From: a virus
Direction: 5' to 3' (one strand)
Virus record (IMG/VR): IMGVR_UViG_3300039106_000244
Span: 53,016 to 117,015 of that record
DNA: 64,000 bases
How positions within the stretch are numbered: position 1 is the first letter of the stretch; every line of letters begins with the position of its first letter. The position numbers and the translations under genes are program-made. Below the pieces are notes generated by a model. That model was not told where the DNA came from. It did no database searches and saw only the letters and a list, made by a program, of their open reading frames with translations. Shown piece by piece: positions 37,380-45,844 of this stretch.

Positions 37380-38480
37380 ATGTTAACAGCTATCAAGCCA
37401 TTGTTAGATAGTGGCATCATTAACGAAGATACTCAAGCAGCTATTACTGAAGCTTGGGAATCACAAATTAATGAAGCTCGTGAAACTGTTCGTGCAGAAT
37501 TGCGCGAAGAATTCGCTAGCCGCTATGAACATGACAAAAATGTTATGGTTGAAGCTCTAGACAAAATGGTTACTGAAAGTCTTACTGCCGAACTTAATGA
37601 GTTCGCTAGTGAGAAACAAGCTCTTGCAGAAGACCGCGTGAAATTTAAACGTCATATGGTCGAAAGCGCAAGCAAATTTAATAACTTTTTAGTTAGTAAA
37701 TTAGCAGAAGAAATCAAAGAATTACGTTCAGATCGCAAAGTTCAAACTGAAGCAACTGCTAAGTTAGAAAAATTTGTTATCAAAGCGTTAGCTGAAGAAA
37801 TCAAAGAGTTCGATGCTGACAAGAAAGCAGTAGTTGAAACTAAAGTTAAACTAGTAGCAGAAGCTAAACAAAAATTAGCTAAACTACAAGAAGCTTTTGT
37901 TACACGTTCAGCTAAACTTGTTAAAGAATCAGTAGCACAAAATCTAGGCACAGAACTGACACAATTAAAAGAAGATATCCAATCTGCTCGTGAGAACATG
38001 TTTGGTCGTCGCTTATTCGAAGCATTTGCTAGCGAATTCTCAGTAACTCATTTAAATGAGAACAAAGAAATTGCTAAATTGCATCAAACTATTGCAGCTG
38101 TTAAAGCTGATTTAGCTGAAAGCAAAAAAGTAATTGCACAAAAACAAGCATTAGTTGAGTCAAAAGACCGTGAAGTAAAAGTAATTGTTGAAAGTGCTAC
38201 CCGTAAGGAAACACTTAATGGATTACTAAAAACGTTAAACACAGAGAAAGCAAGCGTAATGGCTAGTTTACTCGAAGGTGTGCAAACAGCAAAATTGCAA
38301 TCTGCATACGACAAGTATCTACCAGCAGTTTTAAACAACTCACAAGCACCAGTAAAGGCTGAAAAGTCTGTACTAGCTGAGAGTCGTGTAGAAGTAACTG
38401 GTGATAAATCTGCTAAAACAACTATTTCAGAATCCAACAACAACGTTGTTGAACTAAAACGTTTAGCAGGGCTAAAGTAA
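37380..38480 (+). CDS. Prohead scaffold protein, T4 gp22-like
   Basis: Coiled-coil Glu/Lys/Ala-rich protein between protease and capsid; GRRLFEAFASEF. Confidence 0.85.
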   Translation: MLTAIKPLLDSGIINEDTQAAITEAWESQINEARETVRAELREEFASRYEHDKNVMVEALDKMVTESLTAELNEFASEKQALAEDRVKFKRHMVESASKFNNFLVSKLAEEIKELRSDRKVQTEATAKLEKFVIKALAEEIKEFDADKKAVVETKVKLVAEAKQKLAKLQEAFVTRSAKLVKESVAQNLGTELTQLKEDIQSARENMFGRRLFEAFASEFSVTHLNENKEIAKLHQTIAAVKADLAESKKVIAQKQALVESKDREVKVIVESATRKETLNGLLKTLNTEKASVMASLLEGVQTAKLQSAYDKYLPAVLNNSQAPVKAEKSVLAESRVEVTGDKSAKTTISESNNNVVELKRLAGLK

Positions 38481-38510
38481 TACAAAACTTATAAAAGGAA
38501 AATAAAGAAA

Positions 38511-39686
38511 ATGACAACCCAACTATTAGAAGGCCGTTGGAACGAAACTAAGGATGCCCTGTTAGAAGGTCTACAAGGTTCAAAACGTTCTACTATGGCT
38601 GTAATTTTAGAAAACACACGTAAGCATTTGACAGAAAACGCAACAGCTGGTGCTACAGCAGTAGGTAACGTAGCAACATTAAATCGCGTAATTCTTCCAG
38701 TGATTCGTCGTGTAATGCCAACAGTTATTGCAAATGAAATCGTTGGTGTACAACCAATGACAGGTCCAGTTGCACAAATCCATACATTACGTGTACGTTA
38801 CGCTGATAGCGTTTCTGCAGGTACTTCTGGTGCTGATGCAGCAGTTGCTGGCGGTGAAGCTCTATCACCATTCAACATTGCAACAACATACTCAGGTGCA
38901 TCAACTGGTAAAGCTACTTCAACAGCTTCATTAGAAGGTGTTGCTGGTAACCGTATCAATGTACAAATCTTGAAACAAGTTGTTGAAGCTAAAACACGTA
39001 AACTAAGCGCACGTTGGACTTTTGAGGCAGCTCAAGATGCACAATCAATGCACGGTTTAGATGTTGAAGCAGAAATCATGGCAGCTTTAGCACAAGAAAT
39101 TACTGTTGAAATCGATCAAGAAGTTTTAGCTTCATTAACATCATTAGCTTCAACAGCTTCTGACAACTACAACCAAGCTACTGTTTCTGGTACTGCTACA
39201 TTCGTTGGTGACGAACACGCTGCTTTAGCTGTTTTAATCAACCGTTCTGCTAACAAAATTGCACAACGTACACGTCGTGGCGCTGGTAACTGGGCAGTTG
39301 TAAGTCCATCAGCTTTAACAGTGTTACAATCTGCAACTACTTCAGCTTTTGCTCGTAGTACAGAAGGTACATTTGAAGCTCCTACAAACACTAAATTCGT
39401 TGGTACTTTAAACAGTGCTATGAAAGTTTATGTTAACACATACGCTTCAAACGACACAGTGTTAGTTGGTTACAAAGGTTCTTCAGAATCAGACGCAGCA
39501 GCGTTTTACTGCCCATACGTTCCATTAATGAGTTCTGGTGTTGTGTTAGATCCATCAACATTCGAACCAGTAGTGGGCTTTATGACACGTTATGGTTATG
39601 TTGAATTAAGTAACACTGCATCATCTCTTGGTAATGCAGCTGATTACTTAGAAAAAATCACAGTAGCAAATCTATCATTCCAATAA
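38511..39686 (+). CDS. Major capsid protein, T4 gp23-like
   Basis: RRVMPTVIANEIVGVQPMTGP, EAKTRKLSARWTFEAAQD, FYCPYVPL, PVVGFMTRYG; strongly biased codon usage. Confidence 0.97.
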   Translation: MTTQLLEGRWNETKDALLEGLQGSKRSTMAVILENTRKHLTENATAGATAVGNVATLNRVILPVIRRVMPTVIANEIVGVQPMTGPVAQIHTLRVRYADSVSAGTSGADAAVAGGEALSPFNIATTYSGASTGKATSTASLEGVAGNRINVQILKQVVEAKTRKLSARWTFEAAQDAQSMHGLDVEAEIMAALAQEITVEIDQEVLASLTSLASTASDNYNQATVSGTATFVGDEHAALAVLINRSANKIAQRTRRGAGNWAVVSPSALTVLQSATTSAFARSTEGTFEAPTNTKFVGTLNSAMKVYVNTYASNDTVLVGYKGSSESDAAAFYCPYVPLMSSGVVLDPSTFEPVVGFMTRYGYVELSNTASSLGNAADYLEKITVANLSFQ

Positions 39687-39712
39687 GATTTATTTCTTAA
39701 AGGTATTATAAT

Positions 39713-39738
39713 AAAAAAGCCCCGCAAGGGGCTTTTTT
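39713..39738. terminator. Bidirectional rho-independent terminator
   Basis: AAAAAAGCCCC-GCAA-GGGGCTTTTTT between convergent genes. Confidence 0.9.
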
Positions 39739-39746
39739 GTTGACTG

Positions 39747-40322
39747 TCAATCTTCCTCATACCAATCATCATCGTCTTCGTCGTAATAACGTTCATCTAT
39801 GTAACTTCCTTTCTTATCATAGTCTTGATAGTATGCTTCGTTTGGTGTCATGATACGGAACTTACCCGCATACTTCATAGCCGCTATAGTTACTTCGTAT
39901 TTGTCTAATAAGTCGCATACAATAAAGCTACTGCCACATCCACCTACTATACGCTTAATAGGACTGTACTTAAATTCATCTGCTTGTAAAGCTCGATGAA
40001 ATTCACCTCCGCCGTTGGCAATGATACGAGCATGTACTATTTTAGGGTGTGGTAAGTTACGGTCTAAAAATTTAAGTTTAGAGATAGTAGCATTGTTATC
40101 CGAGTCAATAACAAGTTTACACTTTTTAAATTTTAGGGAACCTTTTGTGTGCGGATTGTCACTTGTCTCCTTTGTGCTCCAAGGAATATTAGCATCCACG
40201 TGGTTGACATATAGAGTTACCCCATGTGCTTTGAGAACCCACATAGGAATTGTTGGGTCTTCGAGGTGCTTTTTGTTGAAATGAAAAACTAGGTCTTTTA
40301 CTTGATATTCAATCTATAACAT
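39747..40322 (-). CDS. Hypothetical protein with in-frame TAG at codon 3 (191 aa if read through; ORF track shows only the 165-aa part)
   Basis: AAGGAAATTAAA-ATG TTA TAG ATT GAA TAT CAA GTA... continues in frame (ML*IEYQVKDLVFHFNKKHLEDPTIP-MWVLKAHG...). The internal Met at 40244 has no SD. Confidence 0.7.
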
Positions 40323-40353
40323 TTTAATTTCCTTATAAAAAAGTATTTAGTTA

Positions 40354-40427
40354 TGGTGCGTTAGGTGGGATTCAAACCCACTATCTTCGGCTTTAGAGAC
40401 CGTTGCTAGTCGTATAGCTTCTAACGC
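40354..40427 (-). tRNA. Atypical tRNA with CUA anticodon (amber suppressor)
   Basis: GCGTTAG-AA-GCTA TACGAC TAGC-A-ACGGT CTCTAAA GCCGA-AGATA-GTGGG TTTGAAT CCCAC-CTAACGC-A-CCA. Perfect 7-bp acceptor, 4-bp D and 5-bp T stems; encoded CCA; anticodon at 40394-40396. Confidence 0.85.
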
Positions 40428-40431
40428 AATA

Positions 40432-40439
40432 TATTTATA
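40432..40439 (-). promoter_or_regulatory. T4-type late promoter for the tRNA
   Basis: Exact TATAAATA ending 4 nt before tRNA position 1; a second motif CTAAATA at 40344-40350 lies between the tRNA and the amber-containing gene. Confidence 0.65.
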
Positions 40440-40483
40440 TTAACATTAATAATACACAAAGTCAACCAATACTAAATATTTTA

Positions 40484-41584
40484 ATGAAATTATACGATTG
40501 GAAGTTAGATGAAATATCAATAGATTGTGATACGTCGGCTAGATTAGTATCATATCAAGGTCAGATATTTCGAGATCTATTTTATAAAATTAATTTAGAT
40601 TGTGATATATGTTTCTTAGACCCTGGGTTAAAAGATGTTTGTTTTAATGATAATGATATTATAACTACTGCAACTAATATTAATAATTCAAATATTAATA
40701 TGATTGTCTATTTAATGTGTGATCATAACTGGATGAGTCCGACCCATTGTAATTTAGATGCTAGTACGCACAAATTATTATCATTAATAACTAAACCAAC
40801 AATTCACATAGTATGGGATTATTTTTCGGAATTAACAAGTCAGCAGATAAGATATCCAATTTGGACTACAATGTGTGCCAAGCGGCAAATACACCAAACT
40901 AATTTATCCTTGCCGAGAAAATATTTATATTCGTGTTTATCAAATATAGTTAAACCATTTCGTATTATTAATTTATTGGAATTTCAAAAATCTGCGTATT
41001 ATAATAAATCATTAATAACATTTAATGCACCAACGGGTGCGCTATATAATGAGTTATCGAGTTACGGAATGCAATATGTTACTCAATTTGAAGATATTAT
41101 ACCATTATTGCCAATTAATACCGCAAGCTCAATAACTGACATTGCATTAGTTAGCGTAGTTAACAATGAGGTTATATATGATTATAGCGGAAGTGCCTAT
41201 CAAAATACTTATGTAAACATAATATTAGAAACTGGATATACAGATAAATTTTTTAGCGAAAAAACATTTAAACCTATACTTGCTAATCAATTTTTTGTGA
41301 TTATTGCAGGGAAAGGTGCGGTAGCTGTACTTAGAGAATTAGGATTTGATACATATGATGATATAATTGATCATCGTAGATATGATAACTCACCTGACAA
41401 TACACGAATACAAGATGTACATACATTATTGCATGATATGCAACATTATAATTGGGAACAAATATATAAAGATACCGTAGAACGACGTGAGAAAAATAGA
41501 CAACTTCTATTAAACTTAACATTTGAAAAAAACTTTATAACAGAATTAACACATATAATAGAGACAATTGTTAAACCTACATAA
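40484..41584 (+). CDS. Hypothetical protein, possibly glycosyltransferase-like
   Basis: Very AT-rich 366-aa ORF; C-terminal VNIILET...FFSEKTFKPILANQFFVIIAG...LRELGFDTY resembles GT-B nucleotide-sugar-binding segments. Confidence 0.5.
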   Translation: MKLYDWKLDEISIDCDTSARLVSYQGQIFRDLFYKINLDCDICFLDPGLKDVCFNDNDIITTATNINNSNINMIVYLMCDHNWMSPTHCNLDASTHKLLSLITKPTIHIVWDYFSELTSQQIRYPIWTTMCAKRQIHQTNLSLPRKYLYSCLSNIVKPFRIINLLEFQKSAYYNKSLITFNAPTGALYNELSSYGMQYVTQFEDIIPLLPINTASSITDIALVSVVNNEVIYDYSGSAYQNTYVNIILETGYTDKFFSEKTFKPILANQFFVIIAGKGAVAVLRELGFDTYDDIIDHRRYDNSPDNTRIQDVHTLLHDMQHYNWEQIYKDTVERREKNRQLLLNLTFEKNFITELTHIIETIVKPT

Positions 41585-41650
41585 ATACTATAGTTCGCTC
41601 TTGAATGAGAGTTTATGCAGTACCCCACTGCGTAGGCGTTAGAACGCTAA
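41581..41650 (+). promoter_or_regulatory. Late promoter plus structured 5' leader (three hairpins)
   Basis: ATAAATA at 41581; CTCT/AGAG, TATGCAGT-ACCCC-ACTGCGTA and GCGTT/AACGC stems before SD AAGGAG. Confidence 0.5.
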
Positions 41651-41669
41651 ATTAAACAAGGAGAAACAA

Positions 41670-42611
41670 ATGGGACGTCCTATTAAGAAAAAGTTTTTTG
41701 GTACAGATATTGTTAATGATGGGTTAACATACAGTGCCGCAGGTGGTGAAGGTATTGCAAGTATTACGTACACAGCTCGTGGTACAAACTACTCACAAGG
41801 GCTAACAGCTACAGTAGCAGTTAGTCCAATTGGTGGTACACGTGCAGTTCTTACACCAATTGCAGTATTTACAGCAAACGGTGCAATCAATAGTGCAACT
41901 ATTGCTACAGCAGGTACAGGCTATACTGCAGCACCAGTAATTACTTTAGTTAAACCAGCAAACGTAGTAGTTACAGGTAGTACATTCGCAGCAGGTAATG
42001 TTTTAACAGTTTCAAGCACAACAGGTTTATATGTTGGTATGGCGGCAAACACAGGTTTTGCAGCTACAACTAAAATCTCGTCAATTGGAACAGGTAATGT
42101 TACAATGAGTGCTGCTAACACTGGTTCAACTTCAACAACTATCAGCTTTGGTGATATTGGTACAACAGGTTCATTAACAGCAGTTCTTGCAGCAGTTAAC
42201 GTTACAGCAAACACAATCCAAGCCAACGCATGGATTAACGGTGGTACAATTGGTTCGCAAGCTGATATTGTTTCACAACGTTCATCACGTCGTTATAGAG
42301 TTACAAATGCAGATGGTACTGGTGTAGCTCGATTAGTTCCAACTGGTGTTAACGGTGTTAATAGCCCAACAGTAGCGCAAGTTGTTGCCGCAGGCGGTCC
42401 AACTGCTACAGGTGAAATGACACTTCTTGCAACTGATAGTGCTGGTGGTGTATATCTAGTTGGTAAACTTGAATCACGTACATGTTTAGTATATCCAGCT
42501 GCAATTGGCGGAAGTGCTGGTACACAATTTGCTGCGAACTCGCATGTAACTTGGACTTCAACTGGAACAGCAACAGTAAACGTAAGCGTTAAACTTAAAA
42601 CAAACGACTAA
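41670..42611 (+). CDS. Virion structural protein (Thr/Ala/Gly-rich, likely abundant)
   Basis: MGRPIKKKFFG start, strong SD, capsid-like codon bias, own terminator. Confidence 0.6.
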   Translation: MGRPIKKKFFGTDIVNDGLTYSAAGGEGIASITYTARGTNYSQGLTATVAVSPIGGTRAVLTPIAVFTANGAINSATIATAGTGYTAAPVITLVKPANVVVTGSTFAAGNVLTVSSTTGLYVGMAANTGFAATTKISSIGTGNVTMSAANTGSTSTTISFGDIGTTGSLTAVLAAVNVTANTIQANAWINGGTIGSQADIVSQRSSRRYRVTNADGTGVARLVPTGVNGVNSPTVAQVVAAGGPTATGEMTLLATDSAGGVYLVGKLESRTCLVYPAAIGGSAGTQFAANSHVTWTSTGTATVNVSVKLKTND

Positions 42612-42624
42612 TTATCTTAGTTTT

Positions 42625-42653
42625 AAAATAGCATCTTCGGATGCTATTTTTTT
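42625..42653 (+). terminator. Rho-independent terminator
   Basis: AAAATAGCATC-TTCG-GATGCTATTTTTTT (UUCG tetraloop). Confidence 0.9.
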
Positions 42654-42703
42654 GACTATACTATCTACAATGTAGCATAAATAATAGAAACTAGGATATT
42701 TAA

Positions 42704-43288
42704 ATGGCCGCTGTTAAAAGACTTAATACCTCGTATACGATTGATACCACCGATGTTTACATCACTGGTAACTTAACGGTACAAGGAGCACAAACTACAA
42801 TTTCAACCACTAACATGGCAATCAAGGATAATATTGTTGTCCTGAATGAAGGTGAAGCAGGCGCCGGAGTAACATTAGGTACTGCTGGTATGCTAATTAA
42901 TCGTGGGTCAGCAACTAACGTTGCTATACGATGGACTGAAACAAATGGTGGATCGTGGCAAATTTCAAATGCGGCAGGCACATTTGCTAATTTATCATCA
43001 TCGACTACAGGGTTAACTCGTCTAGTAGATGACACTACACCAACATTAGGTGCAAATTTAAATACAAATACGTGGACAATATCATCGAACGTTGGCAATG
43101 TAAAATTTGGCGGCAACATACAAATTAATAATACTGCGGTGGTACCAAGTGCAGTTACTAATGCAACTGTATTATATGCCACAACTGCAGGTGCAGGTAC
43201 CACTGGACTTTATGTTGTTAATAGCGGAGCTGTTAACGAAGAACTAATTACGAAAAAAAGAGCATTTGCTTTTTCGATACTATTATAG
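42704..43288 (+). CDS. Virion structural / fibre-associated protein
   Basis: ITGNLTVQG...IKDNIVVLN...INRGS...IRWTE module, shared with the 1084-aa protein. Confidence 0.6.
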   Translation: MAAVKRLNTSYTIDTTDVYITGNLTVQGAQTTISTTNMAIKDNIVVLNEGEAGAGVTLGTAGMLINRGSATNVAIRWTETNGGSWQISNAAGTFANLSSSTTGLTRLVDDTTPTLGANLNTNTWTISSNVGNVKFGGNIQINNTAVVPSAVTNATVLYATTAGAGTTGLYVVNSGAVNEELITKKRAFAFSILL

Positions 43289-43297
43289 GATAATACA

Positions 43298-43609
43298 ATG
43301 GCACTTTCTAATACCTTATTAACAACAATAACATCAAACGTATATGTCAGCTCGGGCAATACTGTAGTATCTGTTATGTATTTCTGTAATACAAACGGAA
43401 CAGCACAAACATTTGATTTATATGCGGTACCAAGCGGAACAGCAACAATTAATAGCAATGTACAAATTTACAAATCTGTGCAAATACAAAGCAATGATAC
43501 ATTTGTTGTTGATATGGAAAAACTTGTACTAGCAAACGGCGATACATTACGAGCTAATGCATCTGCAAATTCAGCAATAACAACAACAGTTAGTTACGTA
43601 GGAATGTAA
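43298..43609 (+). CDS. Small virion structural protein
   Basis: 103-aa beta-rich ORF with SD, within the late structural operon. Confidence 0.6.
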   Translation: MALSNTLLTTITSNVYVSSGNTVVSVMYFCNTNGTAQTFDLYAVPSGTATINSNVQIYKSVQIQSNDTFVVDMEKLVLANGDTLRANASANSAITTTVSYVGM

Positions 43610-44029
43610 ATGGGACGCTTACTTAAAAATACAGTTTTCAAATCCGGAAGTTATGCACTTGGTGTCCCAGTGGGTTCGAGTACAATATCTCCGGATGTTC
43701 CAGTAGTTGGGCAGACACGATATAGTACAACAACAAACAAATTAGAATTTTATAATAATTCTGTGTGGAATGCTGTTGCTAAAGAAGGTAATGTTACTAT
43801 TACTAAAGATTCATTTACTGGAAACAATGTTGCTACTGATTTTACAATGTCATCAACTTACACATCCGGTCAAGAAGCACAGGTGCTGGTATTTTTAAAT
43901 ACAGTTCATCAAAATCCCGGTGTTAATTACACATTTAATGGAACAACATCTATACATTTTACTAGTACTCCGCCGGCCGCAGCTACTATATTAGTATTAC
44001 ACGGCCTTGGTAGTACAACCGCAGCCTAA
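43610..44029 (+). CDS. Virion structural protein
   Basis: 139 aa; GQTRYS...LEFYNNSVW motif plus VLVFLNTVHQNP..NYT...F...P module shared with neighbours. Confidence 0.6.
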   Translation: MGRLLKNTVFKSGSYALGVPVGSSTISPDVPVVGQTRYSTTTNKLEFYNNSVWNAVAKEGNVTITKDSFTGNNVATDFTMSSTYTSGQEAQVLVFLNTVHQNPGVNYTFNGTTSIHFTSTPPAAATILVLHGLGSTTAA

Positions 44030-44063
44030 CTCCTGCGATAAATATTAAAATAGGAGTCAGTGA

Positions 44064-45770
44064 ATGGCAATAGGTCGCGTACCCGGCGCTGCACTGTTAG
44101 GAAATTTAGATAGACAAGGTCTCGATCTAGGATTTACTACAAACAGTACAACGCTACTACAGTTAGATTTTACTAACTTTCGTCTCGGTATCAACTCCGC
44201 CATACCTCAACAGGCGTTAGATGTTACAGGAAACATCCTTGTAACAACAGGAAACATATATTCATCAGCAAATATATTATATGACATAGGTACAGCAAGT
44301 AACCGATGGAATAATGTATTTGCCAATACTATCAATAGTGTCAGTATTAGTGGATTATTAACTACACCAGCACAAACTAATATTACTTCTCTCGGCACAT
44401 TATCTGCATTAACTGTAAGTGGCAATATTATTGCACAAAGTTCTGTAGTACCGGCAAGTAATATTGCTGGTAATATTGGGTATGCGGACAGATGGTGGAG
44501 TGCAATGTATGCCAATACAATTAATGCCACTAATATAAACGGAACACTTCTTACTGCAAATCAACCCAATATTACCACATTAGCTAATATCACAACAGGT
44601 AATATTACAGCTAATGTCATTCGTGGTAATGCATTATATGACAATTCCAATAGAGTGATAACTAATATATCAACTATATCAATAACAGGTGATGTAACCG
44701 GGTCGGGTAATGTTTCAAATATTGCATTAACCTTAGCAAATACCGGTGTAACTGCTGGTATATATGGGTCTGCCGATGACGAAGTAGCAGATCGGGTACC
44801 AAAAATAACAGTTGATAGTAAAGGACGTATTACTAATATTGCAAACGTGACATTAACTCAGGTAGGAAATGTTACATTTACAGATACTACAATATCAACT
44901 ACAAGTAGCATTACATTAAATTCAGCAAACAATGGAAACATTATATTAAATGCAAACGGAACCGGAACTGTTCAAATTATTGGTAATGATGCTGTAGGAT
45001 TACCATATGGAAATACCGCTACCCGTCCAACAACTGTATCTGCAGGTTACCTAAGATATAATACCGATCTTGTAACTATTGAATATTTCAATGGCACTGC
45101 ATGGGAAAACAATTTAAATCTTGCAGGTATTCTAACATCGGAAACAATTACACCAACTGGCTTAACTAACAATTATACGTTATTAAATCCAGCAACAACT
45201 GATGGGGTATTAGTCAGTATAAATGGTACATTACAACAACCATCTACATCATACACTGTTTCGGGCAATGTTATTACATTTACAGAAACCCCACTGTCAT
45301 CAGATATAATCGAAGTAAGAGCAATTACAATGAATCTTATTTCTATACCGGCAATATCCGATGGTAACACCAGAGTAGAAACTGATGCAGTTATAGGCGA
45401 AGTACGTTTTTATAATTACGGTGTGGAATATCTAAAAATAAACCAAGCAGGTGCTACAGTTGGGCTAATACCAAATACTTCAGTAGCATCTAGCGCAGTT
45501 GCTACAACAATTGATATCTATGATAAAACTATATATAGAACAGCAAAATATATTGTACAGGCAACCCGTACAACTAATTTAGAGAGTTACGAAGTATTAG
45601 TAACACATAACGGAACAACTGCGTATGCAAATACTAGTTGTATCATTAATAGCGGAACATCACTTGGGACTCTGAGTTCTACAATTTCTGGGTCAAATGT
45701 GCTATTACAGTATACAGCAACTGGTACAAATACCAATATTCGACTGTCAAAAACTTACCTTATTATTTAA
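44064..45770 (+). CDS. Tail-fibre-like structural protein
   Basis: 568 aa Thr/Asn-rich; TGVTAGIYG...ITVDSKGRIT fibre motif; PYGNTATRP...LRYN; C-terminal YRTAKY domain. Confidence 0.6.
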   Translation: MAIGRVPGAALLGNLDRQGLDLGFTTNSTTLLQLDFTNFRLGINSAIPQQALDVTGNILVTTGNIYSSANILYDIGTASNRWNNVFANTINSVSISGLLTTPAQTNITSLGTLSALTVSGNIIAQSSVVPASNIAGNIGYADRWWSAMYANTINATNINGTLLTANQPNITTLANITTGNITANVIRGNALYDNSNRVITNISTISITGDVTGSGNVSNIALTLANTGVTAGIYGSADDEVADRVPKITVDSKGRITNIANVTLTQVGNVTFTDTTISTTSSITLNSANNGNIILNANGTGTVQIIGNDAVGLPYGNTATRPTTVSAGYLRYNTDLVTIEYFNGTAWENNLNLAGILTSETITPTGLTNNYTLLNPATTDGVLVSINGTLQQPSTSYTVSGNVITFTETPLSSDIIEVRAITMNLISIPAISDGNTRVETDAVIGEVRFYNYGVEYLKINQAGATVGLIPNTSVASSAVATTIDIYDKTIYRTAKYIVQATRTTNLESYEVLVTHNGTTAYANTSCIINSGTSLGTLSSTISGSNVLLQYTATGTNTNIRLSKTYLII

Positions 45771-45844
45771 TTACCGTTTAGCTCTTTAATCTAACTAAAT
45801 ACTAGTTAACATAGTGTCATTCGTAGTGGCATTAATAATTATAA

